The notes beneath the pieces were generated by a model. It did not search any database, was not told the DNA's origin, and was given only the letters and a program-made list of their open reading frames with translations. DNA of 63,830 nucleotides, filler included, from Octopus bimaculoides (Eukaryota): the NCBI RefSeq assembly GCF_001194135.2. It is 6 parts of 6 records of this genome, joined end to end, with 100 filler letters (N's around TTAATTAATTAA, not from the genome) between each part and the next. Parts side by side here need not be neighbours in the genome. Positions count along the whole stretch, not along the records: positions 1 to 18,747 come from NC_068997.1; positions 18,848 to 32,004 come from NC_068998.1; 4 more parts are not named here. One strand, given 5' to 3'. Both the position numbers and the translations under genes were made by a program. Within the stretch, counting starts at the first letter, position 1; each line of letters starts with the position of its first letter. Shown here in pieces: positions 14,080 to 27,294 of this stretch.

Positions 14080-14417
14080 ATGCTTTTAAGTGGTTTCTTT
14101 ATTTGCAAGAAACAACAGCCACGTCTCTTATGTAATATTGTATGCCAACGAATCATTTTTCAAAAATTTACGTGGATTGTACATGCTGAGCAAATCAGTA
14201 AATTATATAACTCTATAGTAACCTTTTTTGTTTTTGGTACGAACTGGACTAAGTCAACTCTCTGTGCGGATGTAATTGTATTATCCCCGAACAGAGAACT
14301 GAGAGAAGGTTGTGCTGGTGTCAAGATACAGACCTCTCGTGAATACTTAACTGTAAGAATGTCCAGTGCTTTATCGATTAAGCTATTCGTTCTCAAAGAA
14401 TCTAGTGTAGCGATCAA
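14080..14417 (-). mobile_element. Degenerate restriction-like endonuclease (REL) region of a non-LTR retrotransposon
   Basis: Minus ORF 14160-14417 contains TITSAQRVDLVQFVPKTKKVTIEL, resembling the ITSxRPDLVxxxxxTKxVxIIEL PD-(D/E)xK motif of REL elements. It is followed by a UTR-like stretch ending in (AAC)n(AAT)n near 13655-13720. Confidence 0.45.
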
Positions 14418-14842
14418 AGTAATTGAATGGAAACATGACGATGCAGCTTAAAATATGAAGAGGTGGGGAATAAAGCAATAAAACGAATATTTAAATGTAC
14501 AATAATGAACATCAGAAAACGAACAAGCATTAGACTTTTGCCAAGAGTAACCGTTAGCAAATTGAAACATGTTTAAGTATAAGGCTGTCATTTTAAAATA
14601 TTACTGATAATAGAAATGTTCAAGTTTATAGGTTAAACATGCATTTAAAACTCGTGTAGATAGACACTTAATATACGCATGCAATTTTGTAACCGTGTTA
14701 GAAGGAAAAATGTTTTTACCGACATGCAGTTCAATGCATGTAGACATGCAATTTTCATTTATGTAAGTATTCTCAGAGATGAATTTTTGATTTACTTAGA
14801 CATGCAATAACGAAATTCACTTGTGTAATGTCTTTCTTTATT

Positions 14843-14897
<55 letters not shown>

Positions 14898-15200
14898 CTC
14901 GTTCTTTCTGTCTATCTATTTTACTACTCTTCCAAAGGCATCTTTGTCAATCTATCATACCATCTGTCCATTCCGCTAGCCATAGGTCACTTTGCCCATC
15001 TATGTGTCATAGGTATATGCATATGTACAAACATACATGCACGTAGGCATATATAATTCTTATATATTTGATATTATATAATAAAAATAAAAATATAATT
15101 ATATATAATACAATGTTCTATATTATGTATAAATGTCTACATATATTCAATATACACGAATATCTATATTTGTATATTCAATATAATTGAAAATGTACGT

Positions 15201-15287
<87 letters not shown>

Positions 15288-15824
15288 CTACGTACATACA
15301 TATATAATTGACCATGTACATACATATGTATGTGTCTATATGAATATGTATGGGTATATACACAGTTGCACGTGCGAACACACACAGATACTAACTGACA
15401 GACACAGACACACATACACACATACACACACGCACACACTCTTTAGTGAAACATGTTCGGGGAGGTCAACTTATCTCCCTATCTAATTATATCTGTATGG
15501 GAAAGCTATTTGTTCTTCATCTGACATTTTTACTGCACTTCTATAATGATGCATACTTGACATTGTATGTATGTGATTGCACGCTGATGTTCCTATAAAA
15601 CATAATGAATTCATTGTGACAAAACATTATGAAAAGGCATGAACTACACAACATCGATATCTTATATATGTATTTAGAAATGTCTGATTACACTTTGGTA
15701 CTTTTAAACGATACAAACTGATATAAATAACTTAGCACATAGATATTCCCATATCATATCATATCTACCTATCTGTCTGTTTATCTATCTATTTCAATAT
15801 ATATGTATGTGTATATATATCATA

Positions 15825-15865
<41 letters not shown>

Positions 15866-15957
15866 TGCGTGCGCGCGGGCGTGTGGTTGTATTTATATAA
15901 GTATGTGTGCAAATATTTGAGTATTCATACGTGTAAATGTATAGGTGTGCTAACGTT

Positions 15958-16195
15958 TCTTATTTCTTTATTGCCCAGAAGGGGCTAAACATAGAGGGGA
16001 CAAACAAGGATAGACAAAGGGATTAGGTCAATTACACCGACCCCAGTGCGTAACTGGTACTTACAATATCGACTCCGAAAGGATGAAAGGCAAAGTCGAT
16101 CTCGGCGGAATTTGAACTCAGAACGTAGCGGTAGACGAAATACCGCTAAGCATTTCGCCCGGCGTGCTAACGTTTCTGCCAGCTCACTGCCTTAG
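15958..16195 (-). mobile_element. SINE family A copy, alternative tail
   Basis: Family A head and core. Tail (tttgtctatccttgtttgtccccctctatgtttagcccc on the minus strand) matches 6337-6390. Confidence 0.9.
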
Positions 16196-16584
16196 AAATA
16201 GTGAAATTACTATAATCAGCTTCAACAAATTTCGTGAAAATATGGCTAGTTTTCATATGAGCAAGATATATTAAAAATTAGTTTAAAAAAATATATTTAA
16301 GGGCCTAGAATTAATTTTAATTTCAAGATCCGAAGCGTTTCTCAATGAAGATTAACTGTCTGGCAAAAGAATTCGAATATAAGTTATTCCGTTAGATCTC
16401 TTAAATTTATAAAGGCATATATGGAATTAAAATCTATTTCAGTCAGACTAGAAGTCATATGATTTCGTTGCCTGGTTGCATATGGTAGGTGAAGAACTGC
16501 AACGTTCCATAAAAGTTAAATTCGAGCATGTTGCGGAAAGATAAACCGTATACAGTTCTATTACTCAACCAATCAATACATCAG

Positions 16585-16615
<31 letters not shown>

Positions 16616-16619
16616 GTCA

Positions 16620-16709
<90 letters not shown>

Positions 16710-17079
16710 TTCTGAATTAGATATTTTATTTGCAAAAGGGATTAATTGTTAACAATGGCATTTTACAGTAAAGGGGAGGTAAATCTGTAATTTTTTAATA
16801 TTGGTTTATATTTGATTCTTACAATTGTTGCGGGTAAATCTTTAATTTTCAATATGGGTTTATATTTAATTCCGGCTTATGTTTTCCGATATATATGTAT
16901 ATATATATATNNNNNNNNNNNNNNNNNNNNNNNNNNNNNNNNNNNNNNNNNNNNNTATATATATGGTGCAGGTGTGGCTGTGTGGTAAGGAGCTTGCTTC
17001 TCAACCGCTTGGGCAAATATCTTCTACTATAGCCTCGGGGCAACCAAAGCCTTGTGAGAGGATTTAACAGACGGAACAG

Positions 17080-17373
17080 AAATCCAAATTCAGATATTCT
17101 TTCAGGGTCGCTGAGCGACGCAACACAACGACACTCGCAGCATACGTATGTAGCCTAAAGGACGATCATACTCCCTTAAACATCAGGTGGAAATTTCTAG
17201 AAGCTTGTGGACCTTATCGCAATGGAACCAGACTATGTAAATTGTGTATGGCAGAAAAATATAGAATCTTTATGAACTCAGATGAGCCAGGAGGCTGACT
17301 GGACTCCAGGACGGAAGCTGTGGGGAGTTGTCCACATTTTCTGAAACTTTTACCTCAAAATTGGAAGACCTAG
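17080..17373 (+). mobile_element. Penelope-like element, GIY-YIG endonuclease C-terminal fragment
   Basis: YSFRVAERRNTTTLAAYVCSLKD...NIRWKFLEACGPYRNGTRLCKLCMAEKYRI...*LDSRTEAVGSCPH matches the SF...ST.L..Y.W.LK...I.W......PY......C.LC..EK..I....LN.R.E....C.H pattern of PLE endonuclease tails. One internal stop; not in the ORF track. Confidence 0.85.
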
Positions 17374-17627
17374 CTATCAAGCGAAGGAAGACGAGGAAGA
17401 CAGATTAAGTAAAGTGATTGAAGTACCGTGCACTAGAGTACAACATGGTGGCCGACATGAAAATCGAATCCATGACTGAGTCCAACCCAAGGGCTGCTAT
17501 TCCAATACAAATCAATATGCCAAGTGCTTCAAATATATATTTGTTTGCGTATGTGTGTGTATGTATGTGTGTGCATATGTGTGTGTGTTTTTGCGTGTGT
17601 ATGTATCTACACAAATCAATCTATATA

Positions 17628-17666
<39 letters not shown>

Positions 17667-17839
17667 GTATGCTGGTAATATCTATATTTATCTATTGATA
17701 TAAATATGTGTGTGTGTGTGTGTGTGTGTGCGTGCCTGTATGCATGTGCGTATGTGTATGTATGATGTATGTATGCATGTATGTATATATATGTATGTGT
17801 GTATATATATATATATGCAAATATATATGTATATATATA

Positions 17840-17887
<48 letters not shown>

Positions 17888-18038
17888 NNNNNNNNNNNNN
17901 NNNNNNNNNNNNNNNNNNNNNNNNNNNNNNNNNNNNNNNNNNNNNNNNNNNNNNNNNNNNNNNNNNNNNNNNNNNNNNNNNNNNNNNNNNNNNNNNNNNN
18001 NNNNNNNNNNNNNNNNNNNNNNNNNNNNNNNNNNNNNN

Positions 18039-18079
<41 letters not shown>

Positions 18080-18747
18080 CGGCGCAAATACCAATAGAAC
18101 ATATATCTACAGATGTAACGAAAAAGAGAGGAAGAAAGTATAAAAGGGAGAGAGAGAGAAAGAGAGACCGTGAGAGAGCGAGAGCAAGTGAAACAAATAA
18201 GAAAACCAGAGAATCAGAGAACAACCAGAGCGTCACACAGAGATGAGAATAAGAAATTCAGTTTAGTTTCCTGTTGATAATGACATAAGTTTGTGATTAG
18301 AGCAATAATTGTCACTTGAGCACGTTTTCATGTCAAGAAAGGACTGAAGCCATCTTGGATTACTGCGTAATGCAGTATTTTTTTTTGTGTATGTCGACGC
18401 TAGCTTTGGGGAAATAGCTTTCTGCTAAGAAGCTGTTAAATTGCTGACAATTTCTTGTGGCTGAAGAATTACCATTTTCTTCTAACACTACTTAGGTAGT
18501 TAGTTATTTGTCATACGTATGTTTCTTCTCGAATTGTTGTTGTTGTTGTTGGTATCGTTTTCTTGTTGTTATTGTTGTTGTGGTTGGTACTATGTCGTTG
18601 TTATTAACTTACTTCTTGGATGATGACGATAATAATGATAATAATAATAATAACGAAGGGATTCTGATTTTCATGATAATGTTGGTGATCACGGCGGCAT
18701 TGGTGACGACGACGACGACGACGACAACCACCACCACCACCACCACC

Positions 18748-18847
18748 NNNNNNNNNNNNNNNNNNNNNNNNNNNNNNNNNNNNNNNNNNNNTTAATTAAT
18801 TAANNNNNNNNNNNNNNNNNNNNNNNNNNNNNNNNNNNNNNNNNNNN
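18748..18847. other. Artificial scaffold join spacer: 44 N + TTAATTAATTAA + 44 N
   Basis: The identical 100-bp construct recurs at 32005-32104, 43543-43642, 60476-60575 and 61876-61975. Confidence 0.97.
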
Positions 18848-19119
18848 TTCTATCAACCCTAGTATTTTACAGGTGTTCCTTTACGAACCGAGTACAGACA
18901 ATTTAAAGATGGGTCTCTAAAGGGAGTTAACTAGGTCTGTGTGTCGTTGCTTTGAACAACAAGAACAGCAACAACAGAAGCATCGCCATACTTAGGACGG
19001 TCTTAAGCTGGCTATCACGGTTGGATGATCACGGTTGGAATACGTTCCACTATAGGGCTACAGAACCTGGGTTAGCCTGACGATAATGCACACAGGCACA
19101 CACACACTTCCGCTCCTCT

Positions 19120-19156
<37 letters not shown>

Positions 19157-20527
19157 CATATCATCACCAGCATCATCATTATGATTGATACTGACGCTGT
19201 TGTTTTCTATACTCTAATCGATATAATTGTTATTGATGAATTTCTTGTCGTTATTGTTTTTTTGTTTTTTTTTGTAGTTGCTGTTGTTTGTGTCGTCATT
19301 GTTGTTGTCGTTGTTGATGCTGCCGCTGTTGTTGTTGTTGTTGTTGTTGTTGCAGTTGTTGTTTCACTCGCCAGTATGTCTGTTTGTTTATTTGTTTGTT
19401 TGCTTAATTGTTTACTGAACAGTCTGCTACAGATTGGCTTATCACCAAATATCAGGCCTCTATCCACACACCCCACCCCCACTCCTCCTCCTACTTCAAC
19501 TACACCCCCAGCTCACCCCCAGCTCACCCCACCCCCTCTTTTCTTCTTTCTTCCTTNNNNNNNNNNNNNNNNNNNNNNNNNNNNNNNNNNNNNNNNNNNN
19601 NNNNNNNNNNNNNNNNNNNNNNNNNNNNNNNNNNNNNNNNNNNNNNNNNNNNNNNNNNNNNNNNNNNNNNNNNNNNNNNNNNNNNNNNNNNNNNNNNNNN
19701 NNNNNNNNNNNNNNNNNNNNNNNNNNNNNNNNNNNNNNNNNNNNNNNNNNNNNNNNNNNNNNNNNNNNNNNNNNNNNNNNNNNNNNNNNNNNNNNNNNNN
19801 NNNNNNNNNNNNNNNNNNNNNNNNNNNNNNNNNNNNNNNNNNNNNNNNNNNNNNNNNNNNNNNNNNNNNNNNNNNNNNNNNNNNNNNNNNNNNNNNNNNN
19901 NNNNNNNNNNNNNNNNNNNNNNNNNNNNNNNNNNNNNNNNNNNNNNNNNNNNNNNNNNNNNNNNNNNNNNNNNNNNNNNNNNNNNNNNNNNNNNNNNNNN
20001 NNNNNNNNNNNNNNNNNNNNNNNNNNNNNNNNNNNNNNNNNNNNNNNNNNNNNNNNNNNNNNNNNNNNNNNNNNNNNNNNNNNNNNNNNNNNNNNNNNNN
20101 NNNNNNNNNNNNNNNNNNNNNNNNNNNNNNNNNNNNNNNNNNNNNNNNNNNNNNNNNNNNNNNNNNNNNNNNNNNNNNNNNNNNNNNNNNNNNNNNNNNN
20201 NNNNNNNNNNNNNNNNNNNNNNNNNNNNNNNNNNNNNNNNNNNNNNNNNNNNNNNNNNNNNNNNNNNNNNNNNNNNNNNNNNNNNNNNNNNNNNNNNNNN
20301 NNNNNNNNNNNNNNNNNNNNNNNNNNNNNNNNNNNNNNNNNNNNNNNNNNNNNNNNNNNNNNNNNNNNNNNNNNNNNNNNNNNNNNNNNNNNNNNNNNNN
20401 NNNNNNNNNNNNNNNNNNNNNNNNNNNNNNNNNNNNNNNNNNNNNNNNNNNNNNNNNNNNNNNNNNNNNNNNNNNNNNNNNNNNNNNNNNNNNNNNNNNN
20501 NNNNNNNNNNNNNNNNNNNNNNNNNNN

Positions 20528-20561
<34 letters not shown>

Positions 20562-20563
<2 letters not shown>

Positions 20564-21060
20564 GGGTATCTATGACGGAGTAGAAGTTTCAGATATGGTC
20601 GGATTATATGTAACCTACATACAATGAAAAATAGAACAAGATTCAACAGAACAGGACTTTACAGAAACGACGGTCTCACATTATTCCACAAAATGAAGGG
20701 TCATGACAGGACAAACGCTAATTAGTATAGTTAACATATTAACATAAATGAACACAATAAATACAAACCAGCACTATTTCTAACGTAATTCCAGCGAAGA
20801 AAAAGGAAATAGAAACTTTAAAAATTTATCCACGATCATATTAGAATCAATATTAGTAGACATGTAATTTAGCTCTTGCTGGCAGGTATTGTAACAAGGG
20901 GAAATAACTAGAGCAAACAAACCATATCAGATTGTACTAAACACTCTAATAGTGATATAATCTTGCATGATCAGCCCTGTAGTTTAAATGTCTCCACAAA
21001 TGTTGCTAGAATCTTTCTAGATTAAATTAATAAGCACTTCCCCACGTTACACAAGTTTCT
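20562..21060 (+). mobile_element. Penelope-like element, decayed reverse transcriptase fragments
   Basis: MGIYDGVEVSDMVGLY and, after a frameshift, GLYRNDGL (cf. MGSYDGAEVCELVGLY / GLYRDDGL). Further on IILHDQPCSLNVSTNVARIFLD*INKHFP (cf. IIWFNPPYSxNVxTNIGxxFLxLIDKHFP). Internally deleted. Confidence 0.85.
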
Positions 21061-21177
21061 TGTCGAAGAAAGCAATATAGAGATCACATGTGAAGTCATT
21101 CGAGTTACAAGGAGTAAGTCACCAACTTATTACCTATATATATAGATAGATATATATATACACGCACGCACAAACAC

Positions 21178-21250
<73 letters not shown>

Positions 21251-22085
21251 GGAATCAAATCCTGGATATGTATATAAATGGTTACGAAACAAACTTCTTT
21301 ACCAGACGGCCATGCTTATGCCTAAGAATGTATATATTTCTACACACATCCTAGAATGTATATTTCTACACACACACATACACACATAAATACACACACA
21401 CATACACAAACACACATGCAAACATGAAATATGAGAGAAGAAATTCTAAGCATGGACGAATGAATGAAAGATTGAACCGGAAAACTAATGTTACTTCCGC
21501 CATTGACCCTGAGAGGGCGCTGTATCGAATTCAAAAACTAACTGTTCCCACTCACCCCCACCAAATCATCACCATCACCATCATCATCATCAACAACAAC
21601 AGCAACAACAATTTCAAGAAATAACTAAATGACTATTTGATAACTACCCTCCACCCAAACGTCCGCCTCTCTCTTCCTCTCCCTCTCGTTCTCTCTCGTT
21701 TAATGATCTCGAAGCTGGTTGCTACACATCATTACTTTCAGAATTACCTCCTCCTTTTTTTTCCCCACTTCCTTTTTTTTTTTCCTAATCCCTCCATCAA
21801 AAACCACACTCATCACTACCACAACCACCATCACCACAGCAACAACAACAACAACTACTACTACTACTACTAAAGCGATCCAGTGTTTAGAGACGTCATC
21901 GTTAACATTCTCTCTACAGAAGCATAAAATACACACACACACATACACATGACACTCACGCACTTCCATACATATTATCTTACATATAGTAAACGCTGCG
22001 GAACACCCTCGCCTGCCATAAATGTGTGTATGCGTCTGTGTGTATGTATGTATGTATGTATGTACGTACGTACGTACGTACGTAC

Positions 22086-22122
<37 letters not shown>

Positions 22123-22833
22123 CACACATGCACACATGTGTGTGTGTGTGTGTGTGTGCAAAATATTGGTTTTGCTCCAGTTGGTTTCCTCTTNNNNNNN
22201 NNNNNNNNNNNNNNNNNNNNNNNNNNNNNNNNNNNNNNNNNNNNNNNNNNNNNNNNNNNNNNNNNNNNNNNNNNNNNNNNNNNNNNNNNNNNNNNNNNNN
22301 NNNNNNNNNNNNNNNNNNNNNNNNNNNNNNNNNNNNNNNNNNNNNNNNNNNNNNNNNNNNNNNNNNNNNNNNNNNNNNNNNNNNNNNNNNNNNNNNNNNN
22401 NNNNNNNNNNNNNNNNNNNNNNNNNNNNNNNNNNNNNNNNNNNNNNNNNNNNNNNNNNNNNNNNNNNNNNNNNNNNNNNNNNNNNNNNNNNNNNNNNNNN
22501 NNNNNNNNNNNNNNNNNNNNNNNNNNNNNNNNNNNNNNNNNNNNNNNNNNNNNNNNNNNNNNNNNNNNNNNNNNNNNNNNNNNNNNNNNNNNNNNNNNNN
22601 NNNNNNNNNNNNNNNNNNNNNNNNNNNNNNNNNNNNNNNNNNNNNNNNNNNNNNNNNNNNNNNNNNNNNNNNNNNNNNNNNNNNNNNNNNNNNNNNNNNN
22701 NNNNNNNNNNNNNNNNNNNNNNNNNNNNNNNNNNNNNNNNNNNNNNNNNNNNNNNNNNNNNNNNNNNNNNNNNNNNNNNNNNNNNNNNNNNNNNNNNNNN
22801 NNNNNNNNNNNNNNNNNNNNNNNNNNNNNNNNA

Positions 22834-22985
22834 CGGGGTCCATTTCAGTTTGGCCTCTGGTATCTAACCTTTCACCTGTCCAGCATGGAAGGACCCCATC
22901 AGGAGCTTTATCCTTGTTGGCATAGCTCTTACGGCCATTGAAGAACTCAAGCCACCAAATCGCAACAAGGGCTGGACCTCCTGGT
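22834..22985 (-). mobile_element. Possible RTE LINE 5' UTR fragment
   Basis: Reverse complement (aagagctatgcc...ggggtccttccatgctggacaggtgaaagg...gaggccaaact) resembles RTE 5' UTRs as I recall them. Truncated by an N gap. Confidence 0.35.
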
Positions 22986-22998
22986 GGATTTGTATACA

Positions 22999-23031
<33 letters not shown>

Positions 23032-23521
23032 GTCTGTGTGTGCTTGTGTGTGTATGTGTGTTTGAGAATGCTCTGTGTGTGTTTGAGTGTTGATGTGTGT
23101 GTGTGTGAATGTGTTTGTGTGTGTGTTACCTTTATCGTAGCAGAATCATTAGAGTGTTGGATACTATCATGCTTAGAAATACGTTCTGGGTTCAAATCTC
23201 ACTGCCGTCAACTTAACCTTTTTACCCTTTTCTTTTCTCTGTCTCTTTCTCGCTCTTCTGTCTCACTCTCAATCTTCCCTCCCTCTTTCTCTCTCCCTCT
23301 CTCTCTATCTACTCTTCTTTCTTTCACCTTTCCTATTTCTTTCTTGCTTTCCATTTCAAGCACTCCCGAATTCGGAAACACACACTCTTCCACACTTTCA
23401 CTGCTCTTTTACATGTACTCACACGTCATTCACACACAAACACAAACACACACACACACACACACTAACACACACACATACTAACACACACACATACTAA
23501 CACACACACACTAACACACAC

Positions 23522-23556
<35 letters not shown>

Positions 23557-24149
23557 TCCATTCATCTCTCTTCAGTCTCCCACAATCATTCTCTCTCTCT
23601 CTCCCTATCTCTATCTATCTATCTATCTTTCTAATCTATCCGTCTCTTCCCACTCCCTTCTCCACCTACTCTATGTCACGTGATCTTTGTTCCGACTGGA
23701 AGCAAGTTTCACTGACAAATCCACCGGCTCACATTGAAAATACATCAGTCTTCTTCCGCTGCTGTTGCTGCTGCTAATAATGATGATGATGTTGAACTCT
23801 ACTTACGACCCATTACACACAACAACAAGAGCAACAATAACAACAACAACAACGACGACGACTATAGCGATGACTACAGTTACAAAAACATTAACCAACA
23901 TGTACAACAATAACAACAACAACATACACAACAATAACAATATCAACAACAACTAGCTAAGACTAACACCTTGGTTTCATATGCACAAACTTAAACACAT
24001 GTATCATCATCATCATGATCATGATCATGATCACCATCATCAACATGACTATCATCGTCGTCATCATCACCATCATCATCATCACCCTCATCCTCATCAT
24101 CATCATCGTCATCATCATCAACTGCAGCCGCATCATCATCATCATCGTC

Positions 24150-24280
24150 GTCATTTAACGATCACCTTTCTGTGCATGCATGCGTCAGATGGAATTTATT
24201 GAAGCATATTTTTTGCGACCGGATGCCCGTTCTCGCCCGTTCCCATGCAAAGTAATATTTCGCCATTGCCAGACAATTAT
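24150..24280 (-). mobile_element. Decayed RTE-tail-like short repeat
   Basis: ttaacgatcacctttctgtgcatgc...ccggatgcccgttct next to (CAT)n resembles the reverse complement of RTE-type 3' tails. Recall-based. Confidence 0.35.
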
Positions 24281-24481
24281 ATATATTCTTTGCTTTTTGA
24301 CGCTGATGTACATTCAGGACTATCAAAACAAGAATACACACACACACGTATGCATCTATGTACACACATGACTAACTTTCAGTCTCCGTCTGCAAAATTC
24401 ATTTACAACACTTACATGAGTTGTCGCGCAGTGAGAGTGAACCCGAGACGACGTGGCTGGAATGTAGGATTCTTAATCACC

Positions 24482-24750
24482 ATCACCTGCGCGCCGATAT
24501 ATCACGTGATCGCGTGGTCGATCAGACTATCGGGTGTTGTTATACATCGCTGATCACAATGCAATTTGCATGGTTTTAGCTTTCGAATGATACCACCTCG
24601 CTGGAGCAACGTGAAATAAAGTGGTTTGCTTAAGAACACAACGTGCGCCTACGGCTCTGTCCAGGAATCGAACCCAGGATCTTGCGATCGTAAGTGGAAC
24701 GCACCCTACCACTATGCGACTTCGACCTAACCACTAAGCCACGCGCCTTC
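24482..24750 (-). mobile_element. SINE family B head and core with a third tail
   Basis: A box tggcttagtgg, B box ggttcgattcc and the 5' part of the core, then an unrelated tail (cgaggtggtatcattcgaaagct...). Confidence 0.75.
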
Positions 24751-24768
24751 ACACACATGCATTTATAT

Positions 24769-25151
24769 GTTGTTGTTGTTGGCACTCCGTCGCTTACGAC
24801 GTCGAGGGTTCCAGTTGATCCGATCAACGGAACAGCATGCTCGTGAAATTAACGTGCAAGTGGCTGAGCACTCCACAGACACGTGTACCCTTAACGTAGT
24901 TCTCGGGGATATTCAGCGTGACACAGTGTGACAAGGCTGACCCTTTGAATTACAGGCACAACAGAAACAGGAAATAAGAGAAAGTTGTGGTGGAAGAGTA
25001 CAGCAGGGTTCACCACCATCCCCTGCCGGAGCCTCGTGGAGCTTTTAGGTGTTTTCGCTCAATAAACACTCACAACGCCCGGTCTGGGAATCGAAACCGC
25101 GATCCTATGACCACGAGTCCGTTGCCCTAACCACTGGGCCATTGCGCCTCC
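24769..25151 (-). mobile_element. tRNA-derived SINE family C, full length
   Basis: Near-identical reverse complement of 32517-32904; (AAC)n tail. Confidence 0.92.
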
Positions 25152-26053
25152 ACACATTTATATGTATGTATACATAAATTCACAAACCCATACATCATTT
25201 TCAAGCTGAATAGACATAGGAGACATTGTTTGAGGAACATCACTTCACCTGCTTCCTCTTTACACTCACATTTATAGTCTTTCTTCCTTTCTTCCTTCTG
25301 TATCTATTATAATCGCGTTCTTAGTTGTCATAGTCGTCGTCGTCGATTTATTTCTCGTTGTTGTTGTTGTTGTTATCGTCTTTCTTATTGCCGTTTAATA
25401 TATATTTTCTTCTACATAATCATCTCTTTCTTCAACCTTACATCCCAACAGCTGTTACATAACCCTGGGATTAACTTGTGGCGGTGATGGTGTATGTGGC
25501 TGTCATGTCATTGTGTTTCATTGTCAGATTCGTTTTGGTCTTGCTGTAGTGGCGCTAGTGCTGGTGGTAGTGGTGGGTATGTTGTAGTTGTAATTCGTCG
25601 TGGTAGTTCTTATGCTGTAGCATTCAAACCGGAAGTTGTGGTAATAACAGTATTTTTCTTCTTGGGGTACTAAGAGAAATAACAACGGTGGTGGTTGTAG
25701 TATAGCATTGTTGTATAGGTAGTAACTAGTATGGTTAGGATGTTTATTTTGTAATGTTGGTGTTGCAGTGGCTGTTGACTTTGGCTTGTTATTGTTGTTT
25801 TTAGTTTGTCTGTGCAAATCAACGATGCGTTTGATGGAAGGCATTCCTGCCATAACGATCCCATCCAAATTTAGGTATAAAGTTTTCTCATCATTTCGTC
25901 GATTTTCAGAGTGAAGGACTAATATCCGAAACGTCAAGGTCTCTGTCTTCCTTTCCTTCAAGACTTGAAATAGCATCATATTTATTGGTCTGTGTTTTTT
26001 TCAGTGTTAGTTTCAATTTATGATTTCATTTTTGCATCAAATACTCGCATACG

Positions 26054-26095
<42 letters not shown>

Positions 26096-27275
26096 TATAC
26101 CTTGGTTCAAGTATTTTCCCGTCATTTAACTCTGAAAAGTTCTTGTGTGCTTGTAGTAAATCCCTATTTTGCTACGTTTCTTAAGAGGGTATTTACAATT
26201 TGCTTATATAATATCGGACCCTTCTTATATACATAAGCCTCTTGGACACCGACTTCCCTGGTAATTCATCGCGCTGCCGGCACCTAAATATGCATATTTA
26301 ATTAACATTTATATTTATTGCTATTATCAACTGAAGAAAATGCTCTACTTCTGATATTTCAAAAAAAAACAGAAATTATGAAAGATAGCAATGTTAGCAG
26401 CAACAGCTATGTAATCATGAAAATATTACGTCATTAATGTCAAAGTTATGAATATCGTGATAAAAGTGAAACCGGTAGATCACATAGATACTACACTGCG
26501 TTACTATAGTTTACAACGTGAAGAAACGCATCATTATATATATATGAGTATGTATGCATGTGTGTGCGCGCGCGTGTATATGAGTGGACACACTTTGTTA
26601 AAGAGTGTCAGAGGATAATGATGGTAGTGTCACTCGTTAAAAGTTATGGAGAGGACGGGTCAGTTCCCAAAACTGATCCATTTCTCTAATGCCTATATCA
26701 CTTTAGAATTCTGTTTTCCCTGTTAATGAAGCCAGTTTGGTCAAACAGGTACGCCGTCGTCTTGGCTTGTCGGTCGGTCGGTCGGTCGGCTGACTGGTTG
26801 TAAGTCTGCAATGGCTGGTTGACTGGCGAGCTGACTGGTTGGCTGGTTGATCTGCGGGCTCGATGTCTAACTCGTGTCTGGTTATCTCCATGTCCAACTG
26901 TTTATTCAATGGTTACTTCCCTCCACCCACATATCCGGTCACGTGCCTCGGTGTGAGTGTGTGTTGAGGTGTTGACGGGAGCGTTACCAACTTTTTAACT
27001 TTCCACCCCGCCACATAATATCTGCCCCTCACATCTCTGTGCATTTAGCTCCTCTTTACTACTACTACTACTACGACTACTACTACTACCACCAGCAGCA
27101 GCACATCTAGCACCAGATGGAGTGTACGTCTTTGCTGTCGCCAAGTATTCCTCCCCACGCTACCTCCATACACCCACTCACCCCGATCCCGTTGACAAGA
27201 TTTCGCTCCCTCCTCCCTCACCTCACTAAACAACTTAATTAGGAAGTGAGTGTCAGACAATAAATGTGGCGCTGA

Positions 27276-27294
27276 TAGCGCCCCCTGCTGTCAA
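27276..27294 (-). promoter_or_regulatory. CTCF-like motif
   Basis: Minus strand TTGACAGCAGGGGGCGCTA versus consensus TGGCCACCAGGGGGCGCTA. Confidence 0.55.

Noticed and set aside
18792-18803. TTAATTAATTAA as a homeodomain site or PacI cluster
   Set aside because: Always centred in 44 N + 44 N; an artificial spacer.
25524-25979. 151-aa minus-strand ORF
   Set aside because: Its complex part overlaps a dispersed repeat (similar to about 3570-3600) and the hammerhead-like motif; the rest is low-complexity.
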